Shown here piece after piece: positions 37,701 to 52,700 of a DNA stretch of 64,000 nt (positions are counted from its first letter, which is position 1; every line of letters begins with the position of its first letter). Below the pieces are notes generated by a model. That model saw nothing but the letters and a program-made list of their open reading frames with translations, made no database searches and was not told the origin of the DNA. Where the stretch lies: positions 97,154,001 through 97,218,000 of the forward strand of contig NC_042999.1 in the NCBI RefSeq assembly GCF_006345805.1. Direction: 5' to 3'. The DNA comes from Octopus sinensis. Its lineage: Eukaryota. Made by a program: the position numbers and the translations under genes.

Positions 37701-40700
37701 CACAGGTGCCAGACAAGGCTGGCAAACGGCCACGATCGGATGGTGCATTTTACGTGCCACCGGCACGGAGACCAGTCTAAGCTGGCAACGGCCACAAATC
37801 GGACGGTGCTTTTTACATGCCACCGGCACATAGACCAGATGAAGCTGGCAACAGCCACGAATCGGATGGTGCTTTTTACGTGCCACCTGCACGGAGGCCA
37901 GTCAGGGCGGAGCTGGCTACGGCCACATTCGGATGGTTCTCTTACGTGCCACCGGCACTGGTATCACAGCTACAAATTCCATTGATGTTGATCGAATACG
38001 ATTTTGATTTTCACTTGCCTCAACAGGTCTTCACATGTGGAGCTTTGTGTCCCAAGAAGGAAAGGAATGCATAAGTGGGCTGGCTACATCCCAGGTAGAG
38101 GCCATGGGATTATGGCCTCACTTGTCCTGCGGGGTCTTCTCACGCACAGCATACTTCCAAAGGTCTCGGTCTCTAGTCATTCACCACCTCGTCCCAGGTT
38201 TTCCTGGGTCTACCTCTTCCACAGGTTCCCTCAACCGCTAGGGTGTGGCACTTTTTCACACAACTATCTTCATCCATTCTCGCCACATGACCATACCAGC
38301 GCAAACGTCTCTCTTGCACACCACAACTGATGCTTCTTAGGTCCAACTTTTCTCCAACTTTTCTCTCAAAGTACTTCTTAGGTCCAACTTATGTAATATA
38401 TATTAATAAAACGATGACATGAGACCAAAGGTTGTGTAATCACATTCATTTGCTCGCAGCTATTTCAGCTATAAAGAATTAAGCACTTAGAGATGAGTGA
38501 CAATAGAACATAGCTTCATCAGAGCCTTGCAAGTTCACAACAGCTTAGAAATACCATGCATTATATGTATGCTGAGTTCTAGCAAATGGCTATTCATCCT
38601 GATATGGTTAAGCACAAGAATATATAAAAAATATACACACATATTGTGTGTGTGTGTGTGTATGAGGGACAAAGAGAGAGAGAGTGGCTGTGCATGTGCG
38701 TGTGTGCATAAAGAAGCTAGAGAAACTCACTTGTATATTGGTATATCTGGTTCACCACCATCTAGTTCTCGTAATGTCAAACAACATTGCTGAAGCTGTG
38801 ATTTCGGATCATTCCAATCCTGATTCAAGATGAAGTCCTGTTGTAAACACCAAACAAACAAAAGATCAGTTAACAAAAGATCAGTCATCATCACTGACAT
38901 CACTGGTCTTCACATTACTTCATCCTTTTTTTTTTGTTTACATAATCACTTCCATTATCACCAATTTCACTACTGTTATCATCATCATCATCATCAGCAG
39001 CAGCAGCAGCAGCATCAACTCCATTACCCTTTGTTATCACCTTCCTCACTCCCATTATCATCACTATCACTATCATCACCAGCCTCCATCTTACTTCCCC
39101 TTCCTTCTCAACATTATTATTGTTATCATCACTATCACTACTAACAACATTATCAGTGGGCTGCACATTTCTTCTTTTAATCATCATCACTGCTGATGAT
39201 TAAAACATCATAATCATCATCAGTAGTTCAGGTTGTTAGTTAAAACCATCTCTGCCACTCTTGTATTATCATCACCATCAGCCTTAATATAATACTAACT
39301 TCCAAAAGCATTCACATATTAAATAAACAAATATCCAATTTCTACACAATCTCACTCCACACTAACTTGTACAACCTGCTACACAAAAACAATGTCTTCA
39401 GTGGTGACTCCTATGATCCAGTAAGTTTTTGGGGTTCACCACAATTATTTCTAAGATGTTTCATTTCATTATTATCCATCATTTTATATCTAAACAACCT
39501 CACTAAATTTTGAGCTTTACCAAGATGGTTTGCCTGAATTAGATTTTTAAGACAGTAGCATTATATCTGAGAAAGGTGAGGCTCAAATCTTGTAGGTCAT
39601 GCAATTCCATCAGACACTCAAAAAGCAATAGCAAAATCTAAAAATTTAACATAAACAGACAAAATTCAAAATATACACCTGAAATACTGAGGGAATCACT
39701 GCATTTACTAATATTGGCTTTAAATTTTGGCACAAGGCCAGCAATTTGGGAGGAGGGGCTAAGCTGATTACATTGACCCTAGTGCTCAACTGGTACTTGT
39801 TTTATCAAACCTGAAGGGACGAAAGGTAAAACTCAAAATGTAAAGACAGACAAAATACTAAGCATTTTACCCAGTACAGTAATGATTCTGCCAGCTCACT
39901 GCCTTGCTGCATTTACTAATATTTATAACTATTTGCATCAACACTGGGAGTGTAAGAATCTAGAAGCTGGACAAAATTATAATGATTCTAACAAAAATCC
40001 AAGTGAAGTAACACTTCACTTTATGATGCAACAGTGATGTTGCAGTGTTCTAGGGCTTTGTATATGTGTCTGGTTGTTTTGTTTCTTGAGTAGTCACCAA
40101 GAGTGTAAGGGTTGAAGCTAGCTGCTATAAGAAACTGTACCTATTGCCTGTCCATGTGGACTTTTATTTTTAATATTTTTTATTTTTTTTGTGTAGGTGT
40201 AGCTTAATAATGACAAAGTTATTTTACTCAAGTTTTCTTTATTTTCAAAATAAATTGAAACAAAGGCAATGCAATTCAATACAAATATGGTATCAAAATG
40301 GTTAAGGTGGTGTTGAATATTTTTTTATGTAAATTGATAGAAATGAATAGAATTGAAAGCTTTGTTGTTGATGATGATTAGAATGGTATGTATGAGGAAT
40401 TATTTTTTTTATTCTTGTAGTTATCAGGTATTTCTGTGTTAGGTTTGGTGATTGAGTCTGTGTTGTAATTTGGAGAAGAGGATGTGTGAGTGATGATGTT
40501 GAGGACTCAGTCTATCTAGAATTTCCAAAGTTGTACATATAAGAATGATGATTCTTATATGTACAACTTTGAAAATAGTTGCAATATAGGTGCAGGCATG
40601 TCTGTGAGGTAAGAAGTTTACTTCCCAACTACATGGTTCCAGGTTCAGTATGGGCATATAGAAATAGACAGAAGCATAGAAAGAATGCAATATATCCAGA

Positions 40701-43700
40701 CTCTTTCACCACAAGCCACACACTAACTGAGACACAGTATAACTAGGAAGATTGATCTATAAGAGTAATGCTTTGTTTGGTCAACTATTCACATAACATA
40801 GGGCTTCTTTACCAGAGCTGACCGGGGCCCTCAAATTAACCTTAGATAAGTTACAGACAAGGCCTTCAGTGGCACCCTTAAAACCCAGTGGGCATACCAT
40901 GAATTCATCTAACTAAGGAAGAAACAGATAGCTAAGTAATACATTATATCCAGAAGATTTGGTAATGGAAATTTTCACTTACTCTGAGTCTTGGGAAAAA
41001 ACAGACATTGCAGAAGACACGGCAATAATCAAGAGCTTTGTCCACGTAGAGAGCCCCAATGAATGCTGTGAATGAAGGAAAATAGTATCAAGAAGAGTTC
41101 TCACGCGTATTAGAGGAAGATGTCTTTAAAATCACAACAGATACACAACAGACCACAAACTCACATCTTTCACACAATATGTAATTTATATTGAAATCTC
41201 ACACACACACAGACACATAGAATTAATTAAATCTCCTCTCATGCTCATACATTTATCCTACACATACACACAACACACTTACTTACAGATATGGACATAC
41301 ACACAAACATATATATACATATCCACACAATCACTCAAATACATACACAAATTTGAACACATTAACTAACCTTCTAGTAAATCAGCTTTCTCCTTTGGTT
41401 TCATTTCCAGATGGTCACCTCGGGTGTCAGCATAAATAACATAGTTAGACATACCCAGGTCATCACACACAATGGCCTGGGTTCTGTTGTTTACCAGAGA
41501 ACTTCGTAATAACTAAACACACCAAAAGATCACAACAGTTAGATTGATATATATATATACATACAAGGTATAAATGCAGCTTATATAAAGGATAACAACT
41601 TGATCAACAGAGTTAGTAGGTTATGTAGGGTCAGTGGTGGACTGGATCTAAAAATATTGGTTGTCAGGAGACTAAGGGGGCCCACCCGAAACTACAAGGG
41701 GGCCCACCCGAAACTACAAGGGGGCTCACCCAAAACTACAAGAGGATCCACCTGCAACTACAAGGGGACCCACCCGCAACTACAATGCTATCGTTTAATT
41801 TTCTTTTTTTTTTTTGGTTAAAAGTATTCTTTTCAACTGTCTACAAACACAGCCAGGCTGAAATAATTAATGCATTCTTCCAGAAGTGAATAAAAAATTA
41901 TAAAACTTGAGGGAATGGGTCCCTTAGATACTAACATGGGCCCCTATATATGGATTCTAAAGGCACAGGGGCCCACTTGCCATTGGGCAAGCTGGCAACC
42001 TGGCCAGTCTGCCACTGTGTAGGGTATATATACATAGCACAGTCTGGTACAGTTGCTAGTATAGTACAAATAGCAAGTATGGTATATAGGTTAGTAGTGT
42101 GTATATAACAATATGGTGTGTTGACTAAAAAGATGCACATAGCAAGAGTATGATTTATTTGTCAGTATATGTGATGTATTGGTTAGTGAAATGTATGTAA
42201 TAGAGTATAGTGTTGTATAAGTGAAGAGGATATATAAAACATTGTACGTAACATACTGGTCATTGCAATAGGTGTATAATAGAAAATTATATGTAATGGT
42301 AATAAGTTGCAACAGAATGGCAAGAGACCTAAATATAAGCATTTCAAAACTCTACTTCAACCACCACCAAAATTTAAAACAAAAGAAAATTATTTTTTTT
42401 TGACATTGGCAAAGAAATTTTGTTGCAATAAGTACAGTATTGCAATAAGTACAGTATTTAATACAATAAGTATTAGTATTTAATAGATACTTAAACCTAG
42501 AAGGGTGAAAGGGAAAACTGGCCTGAAGATTTGAATTCAGGATGTAAAGGGACATAACTAAATATTCCAAGACAATTAATCAAGCATTTTACCAATTCTG
42601 CCACCAACAAACAAAAATTAATATAAATTATTAAAATAAATATAACTTCTATTTCCATCTACTACCTCTCAACACCACTAACTCAAGTGACAGAAAAATG
42701 ATAGGATGTATAATCTTATGGAAGTAGGACAGTTATATGGACAAGGAACTGAAATACCAACTTACAAACCTTCACATTAAATCCTGATAGCAATTTCTTC
42801 CGTATGTGGGTAGTACACTTAATTCTTCAATACCTTGGATCTTTTAATTGTTACAAATACATGCCAGGTTTTCAGAAATATTAACTACAATTGACTGACA
42901 TCTTATCCAGATCATCTTTCTCTCTCTCCTTAACGTTAAAGGTATTTACATAACACTGATAATTGAGCAGTCCACCTCCACTTAGCAACAGAATTGATTA
43001 TCCAATTAGAAAAGCAATAACTCCAACCAAACCCACCCCATCTAACCTAGACCCACAAAATAAATACAAGAACAGTAAAATGAAATAATTCATTCTTTAC
43101 TAAGATAAATAGAACCAAACAGTAACCTGCTTCCAAAACCAGTGACATTTTGAACAGTGTAGGAATCACTTATGGAATCACCATTATACTGTACCATTCT
43201 TTCCAACATCCAGTTTGGGAACAGATATTAGACTAGCACCATTATAGGATCTGTCATATACCACTACATACTACTAGTGAATCAATGAAGGAACATCTAT
43301 GCAGCCACATAGCCTGCTAGATATAACAGCCAAAATCCTTCAAATCACAAACTACTCAAAATAAAAATGCTTGGGAAAATGTAGTCCGAGGTGTATTTCT
43401 TAAAAGAGAGAATAACTGGAATAATTGTTCTCTCTCAGCTGCACACATGTGCATACACATGCTTGGCAACCAGCACACAAATGAAAATAATGTAGTAGTT
43501 TATCATCATCATCATCATCATCATTTAACGTTCGCTTTCCATGCTAGCATGGGTTGGACGGTTCAACTGGGGTCTGGGGAGCCCGAAAGCTGCACCAGTC
43601 CAGTCAGATCTGGCAGTGTTTCTACAGCTGGATGCCCTTCCTAACACCAACCACTCCGAGAGTGTAGTGGGTGATTTTATGTGCCACCGACACAGGTGCC

Positions 43701-46700
43701 AGACGAGGCTGACAAACGGCCACGCTCGGATGGTGTTTTTTATGTGCCACCGACACAGGTGTTTTATAATTATACTTATTGTATATTTAACATCCCAGCT
43801 CTTTATACTCTGAGTTCAAATCCCACTGATGAAACTCTGCCTTCATCCTTCCAGGATCAATAAAATATATAGCCAATTAACTAGCAGAGTCAATCTAATT
43901 GATGAACCCCTCACCCAACTATCCGGTCTTGTACCTAATTTAGAAACAATTATACACTTGGTGTGCATGTGCTTTTACTGCAAGAAAAAAAATTCTATAC
44001 AACAGATTTATGAACACACTATCTACTACAGATCAGATTGGTTGGAATATTTTTGATTGCATAATTTTCCAATTCTCCTCATAACTCATCCTTTTTATCA
44101 TTCAGTCTAGAGACTTTGTCTCTCTCGTATGTCTCATTTTCTCTTACTTGAGCTCATCTTTTATATTCACTCATTTATAGGCGCAGGAGTGGCTGTGTGG
44201 TAAGTAGCTTGCTAACCAACCACATGGTTCCGGGTTCAGTCCCACTGCGTGGCATCTTGGGCAAGTGTCTTCTGCTATAGCCCCGGGCTGACCAATGCCT
44301 TGTGAGTGGATTTAGTAGACGGAAACTGAAAGAAGCCTGTCGTATATATGTATATATATATATGTGTGTGTGTGCGTGTTTGTGTGTCTGTGTTTGTCCC
44401 CATAGCATTGCTTGACAACCGATGCTGGTGTGTTTACGTCCCCGTAACTTAGCGGTTCAGCAAAAGAGACCGATAGAATAAGTACTGATCTTACAAAGAA
44501 TAAGTCCCGGGGTCGATTTGCTCGACTAAAGGCGGTGCTCCAGCATGGCCGCAGTCAGATGACTGAAACAAGTAAAAGAGTAAAAGAGAGAGAGTATACC
44601 CCAACAGCTTTTGCTGTTGACACCACCAAACTGAACAAATTTATCAATAAAGCACCAAAATTGCGATGTTTCATTAATAACTGATGTGGGATTAAGCATA
44701 TCCATGTCCATTGGGTGTTTTACCGGTGTTTCATATGTTTCTTTGTTGTCCTTCTGTACCATATTTTATTATTTTCATTATAAAAGTCTACTCAGTAAGG
44801 GCTTACCGGAGCAAAACAACAGCCAAAACATCACTTCAACAATATTCTCTTTAATGTTTTGCTGAGGGTATGCACAGACATTTACTGTGTCCAAATTTTG
44901 TCTTTCTTTGCAGAGTATGAACATATCCATGTCAGTAACCATCATAAATTAAAAAGCAAGAGCAACTCCTTCTTAAAAGCTACTAGACATGAATGATGGT
45001 GGTGTATATGATATGAGATAGTGGATTGCAATGCTCCATCTAAGTCTATGTTTATGCACAACTTAGAGGGATCATCGCACACAACACCACCACATTATAG
45101 CACTGCAAGAAACAAGGGACCAACTACATGAACTATTAATGTGCCTGAAAATCACCATCAAATCCCTCCCCCCACCATCTTCAAAAAGAATACATTGGGT
45201 AATGTTGTCTTACTGAATGGTCACACAAAATACTTCTGCTCAATCCAAGTTGATCTTGAGCTAAGCAACAGCAACAACATCAATAGTAATCACTGCAAAT
45301 TATACCCAACAAAATAAAACTACAGTCAAATACTCACAGACAAGTGACCTTCATGATGGTCTGGAAAATGACGGAATAGATATTCAGAGGCAACCAGTTG
45401 TAGGACAGTGTCACCAAGAAACTCAAGTCGTTGATTGTGACCTCTGGTAAGTAAATAAAAGAGAAAAATGTTAGTTACTTACAAAGAGAAATAAGATGTG
45501 ATATTTATTTCTCTCATTGAGAAATTAGCAATGTGACTGATTAAAACATCTGATTTCAATTACACACACACATACATACAATCTGGTATTGTACCTACAA
45601 TTATGAATGTATGAATACAGTCATGAAGTTATGTGTATACATATTTATTCATATATATGATATATATTGTCTGAGGATTCCCATACTGAGATGTGACAAC
45701 CTGACCAACTCATGCTAGCATGGAGAATGGTTATAAAATGATGATGATGATGATACTGTGTGTGTGTGCATGCATGTGTATGTGTGTGTGTTCTAAAAAT
45801 TATCTTTCATCTGTTTTTCCATGTTGACATGGGTTAGAATTCTCTCAGAGTCTTGGCATTTCTTTGTTGTTCTTCACCACCTGGTACACAACACAACAAA
45901 AATCCCTACCACCACCAACCATTGTTATTGTGTATACCATAAACCAAGCATGGGCAGCCTTTTTCAAGAAGTGGGTTGCATGAGACACGTTTCATCATCA
46001 GGTGGCCACACTACTCAAAAAAATCAAGGTATTTTTTCGTCAGGTGTGCCATTCAGGAATTTCTGCAAGCCACAGTTTGCCCATGACTAACATAAATTAA
46101 AATTCATGCATTTAAAAGATGGAAAGTAATGGGAGTAATGGAGTGCAGAAGTTTTAGGAAAGACTTACAGAGTCAAGTTGTTGTATCCCACATTGCGGAG
46201 AGTGAAAGCTCTAGCCAGGAGTCTGATATGGCAGAAGGTGATACCTGTGTCATCTTCAAATCTCACCAATTTCTGGAATTACATTTTTATACATTTTATT
46301 TTGTGTTAAAGAAAATATACATTTTATTTTGTGTTAAATAAATACACACAAATATATGCACAAATACACAAACATATACACAAACACACAAATAAACACA
46401 CACACACACACAAACACATACTGTCGTTCATTTCTCACCACAAGGCTATCTTCTATTCACATCCGTGGTCATCTTGCATTGAACAAACAAAGATAGCATA
46501 GAATAGTGAGGTCTCTTTATGCTTGCTGAGGGCAATACAACCTGTCTTGGGAGGATGCCACAATAAAATGCATCCAATACATACTGTGAAGTGATTGAGG
46601 TAAAGAAGTGCATCCAGCCATAGAAAACATACCATTAGTGGAATGCCCTTTCTAACGCCAAACACTCCAAGAGTGTAGTGGGTGCTTTTACATGCCACTG

Positions 46701-49700
46701 GCACGAGGGCCAGTCAGGCAGTACTGGCAATGGTCACACTCAAATGGTGTTTATTACGAGCCACCTGCACATGAGCCAGTCCAGCAGCACTGGCAATGAC
46801 TTCGCTCAAATGTTTTTTCACGTGCCAGTAAGGCAACACTGGTAATGATCATGCTCAAATGGTGCTTTTTACGTGCCACCAGTACGGAAGCCAGTTAGCT
46901 GCTCTGGCAACGATCACACTCGGATGGTGCTCTTAGAACTCCACTAGCACGGATGCCAGTCATCGAATTTGATTTCGATTTCACTTGCCTCAATAGGTCT
47001 TCACAAGCAGAGTTTAATGTCCAATGAAGGAAAGGTACGCATATGTGGGCTGGTTACACCCCTGGTATGGGCCTGTATTTGGAATTAGGTACCACGTTCT
47101 CTGTTTTTTGTCTTTGTAGCAGGACACTGCTTCTGGTGCATGTCTGTGTATGTTTGTGTTTGCTTGTATGCATATATATGTATGTGCATGTATAGTATAT
47201 GTGTGTGTATATAAGTACCTGAAGTGCTGGTGATGATTCTACCCAGTGACGGTCTCCTTCTGGTTCATCCTCCTGTAATGGGTGGAGAGGAAGTTGTTTC
47301 CAAGTACGTACCAGGTCTGTATCATCAAATAACGTCTTGGCAAAGATCTTGTCTACCAAATCAACACCTCCATCAAGAAACAAAGCACCTGGATAAAATA
47401 ACAACATAAACGACATGAGCAACAACCCAATAATCCAATCCAATAGTCAACAAAGTAGCAACACACCTCAAAAGATAATTTATGAATAAATCATTAATAA
47501 AGCATTAAGGAGGAAAATGTTGAGAAATTTCTGAGCAGTAGTTGTAGATGGCCAGAAAATGTCCCCTGCAGCATGTTCCCCACATCTCTCCTCACACTTT
47601 ATGAAGCTTTCCAAATGTGAGAACTTGAAGAAATTGTCTTTACAAATATTACTTTTCTTTTATTCTTTTACTTATTTCAGTCATTTGATTGTGGCCATGC
47701 TGCAACACCACCTTTAGTCAAACAAATCAACCCCAGGACTTGTTCTTTGTAAGCCTAGTACTTATTCTATCTGTCCCTTTTGCCAAACTGCTAATTTACA
47801 GAGATGTAAACACCAAAATCAATTAGTAGTTTGGCAAAAGACAATGATAGAATAAGTACTAGGCTTACAAAGAATAAATCTTGTGGTCAATTTTTTCAAC
47901 CAAAGGTGGTGTCCAGCATGGCCACAGTCACATGACTGAAACAAGTAAAACAATAAAAAACTAATCCCGACCAAATCCAGGTATCTAGTAAATAATAAAA
48001 ATCAACTTACCCATCAAAGCTTCAAAACAGTTGGCCATGGCATGTTTAAGGTCTGATTCATAACATAAATCAGGGCCATGAGCATAGAGCATGAAATCCT
48101 GCAGGTGAAGTTTCTACAAAATATACAAATTGGCATATTCCCTTAGTACTCTTCATACCCATCATCATCAATAATATCTGTCACTTTCACCAACACCACC
48201 AGCACCACCCTATCATTAGTAACCTTCACCACTACAACCAGCTTTATACCATAATCATTTCCACCCACAAATGTCTAAAGTGCTGCAATCAGTAACATCA
48301 TAACCCTCATTATCACCATCAGTCAAAATCATATCATCATCATTAGCATTATAATAATTATGATTGCCATTATCCATAAACAATCTACAAAGTGCTCAGA
48401 TCTCAAATTAGCTTTGCATCACAAATCTCATTTTTCAACTCACTAAACTCTTCAGGAATGTCATGGTGGGGAACATTTATTCACAACTTCCCATTTTTGT
48501 CTGCCCTGAACTGCATACATATCATCCTTTAACAGATACTGCTGATTATAAATAATCAAAAAGAAAACAGCAGTGATAGTGTTAGTGTTGGTACTAGCAT
48601 TGGTAGAGGTGGTGATGATAACATGTTGTCAACACTAACTATTCAGCCATCAAAATTAAATCAACAAGCCCACAGAGACACTCCTTGCATAACTCTTACA
48701 ACAAAAATAAGTCAATTGAAAAGTACAAACTTTTGCAAGAACAGCTAAATGTTGGTTTTGAACTATAGCTGCCCGATATGTTGTGAGACCACCTTCTTCT
48801 AAGCCTGGAAACATGAAGAATAAGTGGACGCTGCAAAAGAAAAAACACACAAAAGGATTAACTCAGTAAAGCATATGAAGAAACATTAAGTTTCAATATA
48901 GTTTGTTTTGTTAGAATGGATGGCTGAGTAGAAAAAGCACCAGATAACCAGCAAAGAGATTTTTGTTCTGCATCTTATCACCAAGTATGGCATTTTAATA
49001 GAAAGACATGGATTCACCTACATATAAGTAAACAGGTAAATGGTATAACTAACCCTAACTGTAACTACTGATTTACAACTGGTACTTCAGAGCAGTTAAA
49101 CCTGCCTAGCTCTAAGTAGATTCCACAGGAGTGTACAATTCTTGGCTGTAAACAGATACTAAAGATTGGTATATTCCACTTAGTTGTAAGCAGGCTGAAC
49201 TGGGGCTAATCAACAAAATCTCATTCTCTCTAGGTTCTCATTCATGTGTTTCTGAGATAAAATCCCATTAAGGCCAAGTTTCCTTTTTCATGTTTCTAAT
49301 TACAATTCCACCCACTATGAAACTTGTGATAGTTCAACATCCTTTGTAAAACACATTTATCTTCTATTTTTTTAAGCTATAAAGCTGGTAAAAACAGCAA
49401 CAATTTGGAGCTATATGATTCAGAAAACAATTGGCATTTGTTGTGGTTTTTTGTTATTTTTTAGTTTACTATATTGGCTAAACAAACTTCATTCAAAGGG
49501 TCTATCAAATAGAGGTTGTTAGCTCTGTAACATATTGGGTCAAAGCAGCACATTTTTTTCCAACAGATATTGACCCTGTTAAGAATGGCATTAGCTGCAT
49601 AAGTATCACTCCTCTAGAAAGACCTGGAAAGGTTATGAGCACTGCCTCAAAACAAAAACTATTTAGAAACTTTTTCCCAAGCAATTTGCATCTACAAGTC

Positions 49701-52700
49701 AGAGTGACAAAACCGATCTTTCTCTCTCTCTCTCACCCAATAAACTCTACACACAACATCAGACTTTGGTACCTGCTTACAGTTAAATGGGTTGGACAAA
49801 TGAGAGTTAATTATGAAGCTACTGTCCCTTCGGCTATCAGCCTAATATACTATTGACTCTTATTGTCTGCAATAATTTTAACACCAAGTCTTGTACAACG
49901 GAGTACCACACTAGATAATTCATTCTGCCTAGAATTGAATGTCCTTGTGAGGGACACAACACAACACAACACTGACCAAGATCTGACTCACTGATCTTGC
50001 AGCCAACTGGCCAGCAGCTTGTCAACCCAAACAGCTATGACCATCAACTATGACACTCTAAAAACAATGTGTGAAAATTGATAGTTTACCTTGATAGGAA
50101 TTCAACAACAGCATCACCCAGGAACTCCATCCTTTCATTATGAGGTATTTCAGAAGATGTTTCTTCTTTATGTCCCATCCGGGACATGATATCAATGAGA
50201 ATATTGATGCCTGGTCAAAGGAGAAATGAAGAGCAGTTATAAGAAGAGTTTGTGCCAGAGACAGAAAGATGAATACAAATTTTGAGAGAGAATGTAAAAT
50301 GATGTTTTCTATATCATCATCATAATCACCATCATTTAACTTCCGTTGTCCATGCTGGCATAGGTTGGATGGTTTGACTGGGCTGACACGCTGGAAGGCT
50401 GCGTCAGGCCCCAGTCTGATTTGGCATGGTTTTCTACAGCTGGATGCCCTTCCTAATGCCAACCACTCTGAGAGTGGTAAAGGGTACTTTTACATTCCAC
50501 TAGCACAGGTGCCATTTGTGTGACACTGGTATCAGCCACGACTGCAATTTTGCTCGGTTCGATGGATGATCTTCTCAAGCACAACATAATGCTAAAGGTC
50601 TTGGTCATTGCCTTCATGAGGCCCAACACTCAAAAGGAACTCAGCCACCTACCTCGTCTCTGTGAGACCCAGAATTTATCAGTGTAACTGAGAATCATCA
50701 TCCAGACTGATGTAAATCTTCCATACTAGACGTCCCAATCAAGCAATGAGACTTGAATGTCTTGTCTGGGTTTTAGTCACATTAGTCTTACATTAGTCTA
50801 GCTGAAATATCTCATCTCCATATACTACAACTGCAGATGAGAACACTCATTCACTAACTGAATTGGTTGATCCTGGCCATTGACAGTTTCTCATCAGACA
50901 AAAGTAACTAAAATAAGCTGGCTAATTCAATAAGAACTAGTCAAATACTGGAGTTGATTTAACCAAATATACACCCCACCCTAACCATTTACAAATTTTC
51001 TGGTGCAGATCATTAAGGAAGAGGGTAACGAAATCATTAAGGAAGAGGGCAACAATTTGAAAAAAAAATTCTAAGATACCTAGCAGTGTTTAGTTGTGTG
51101 TCTTTCTTTACAATTCAATTTTAAAGTCAACTTTATTTTGCATCCAAACAGAGTTGATAAAATAAGTACTATCAACATAATGTGACAGACTCAATTAGCT
51201 ATACTTCTCCCCTTCACATTTATAGCCATGTACTAATGTTATAAATCCTTGACTTATCTGAGAGCTTAAATCCCAACAAGACTTACTGTGTTTTTCCTCC
51301 TTCTGGGGTCAATAAAATAGGGTAGTAGTGAAGTACTGAACCAATTTAATTAACTAACCCGCTCCACTAAATTTGTGGTCTCATGTTTATGTTAGAAATC
51401 ATTATTATAACTGAAAAGCGAGCTGTAAATCAGCAATGATTGAGCATCAGACAAAAGGCTTTACAGTAATTAGTTTCATCCTTTTTATATTCTGAGTTCA
51501 ATTCCTGCCAGAGTCAATTTTACTTCTCAAAAGTACTTGTAAAATACAGAGTCAGTCTCATAAGAATATAATCTCTCCCCAACAAATCTTGACCTTAACA
51601 TGCTACATGAAGACAATATCTATAGGGGTTTTGACAATATTAAAAGGGTTTTTTCACAAAAGAAATTTCTAAGTTACATTTATGTATTTATTTTGCAATA
51701 TTCTTGATGTGAATTCATGTGTTGAAATAGATATTGTTATATTTGGGGATGGTCATCTTTTTCCAATTAAGCACATTAGCTTTATTATCATCATTATTAT
51801 TATTATTATTAAGGTGGTGAGCTGACAGAATCATTAGCACACCAGGCGAAATGCATAGTGGCATTTCATCCATCTTTACATTCTGAGCTCAAATTCCACT
51901 GAAGTCAACTTTGTCTTTCATCCTTTCAGGGTTGATAAATTAAGTACCAGTGAAACACTGGAGCCAATGTAATTGACTAGTTCTCTCTCCACAAATGTCA
52001 ATCCTTGAACCTTTAGTAGAAAGGATTATTATTAGTTTAGACACACATACAGATACAGGCATAAACACATGCACAGATAGGGATACATACCACAGAAAGG
52101 CAAAATAGAATAGACAAGAGCAGAGAGAAGAGGAAACACAAGGAACAGAAAGCTGAAGAGGAGATCACAGAATGAATGACATAAGAACTCTGACAAATAA
52201 ACTAATAATAATAATAAAGCTAAAATGAAGATCTGATAAATAGCCCATGTGTTTAATTGGCAATAGATGACCGTCCCAAACATAACAAATTTGTAAGTGT
52301 TAACTTCAAAAGTCTAGAAATGGTTAATATTCCACAGACCTCTTTTTCTTGTATGAACGTAATGTATTTTACGGTCTCCGTATTCCACTTGACGTGAGCC
52401 ACAGTTGGTCAATGAGTTACGAGCGTGGTCAGGGTTGGTGCCATAGTTCACTCGATAAGAGGTGTGCGTGAGTGCCAACTGGAAGACAGAGAGAAATGTG
52501 TGAAAAAGAGTGCAATAGAATGGTGAGAGTGCAGAGAGCCATACATATACAGAAAGAAGGAGAAAGAAAAGGGGGAATGAGAGATAGTAATGAAATAAGA
52601 GTGTTAGAACTCTAACACATTTAGCATTAGGAAGGGCATCCAAATGTAGAAACCATGCCAAATCAGATTGGAACCTGGTGCAGCTCTCCAGTTTCAGCCA

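Noticed and set aside
37690-41785. CRISPR-like appearance of the 64-bp repeats (37690-37960) and 22-bp repeats (41677-41785)
   Set aside because: Eukaryotic context, no unique spacers, no cas genes; both lie inside transposons.
44526-44985. Possible extra Drosha exon (tag|CTT TTA AGA AGG = LLRRS, echoing LLRSS) and the 78-aa ORF at 44526-44762
   Set aside because: The acceptor is weak, similarity ends after five residues, a stop follows, and the canonical exon at 41371-41512 completes the frame.
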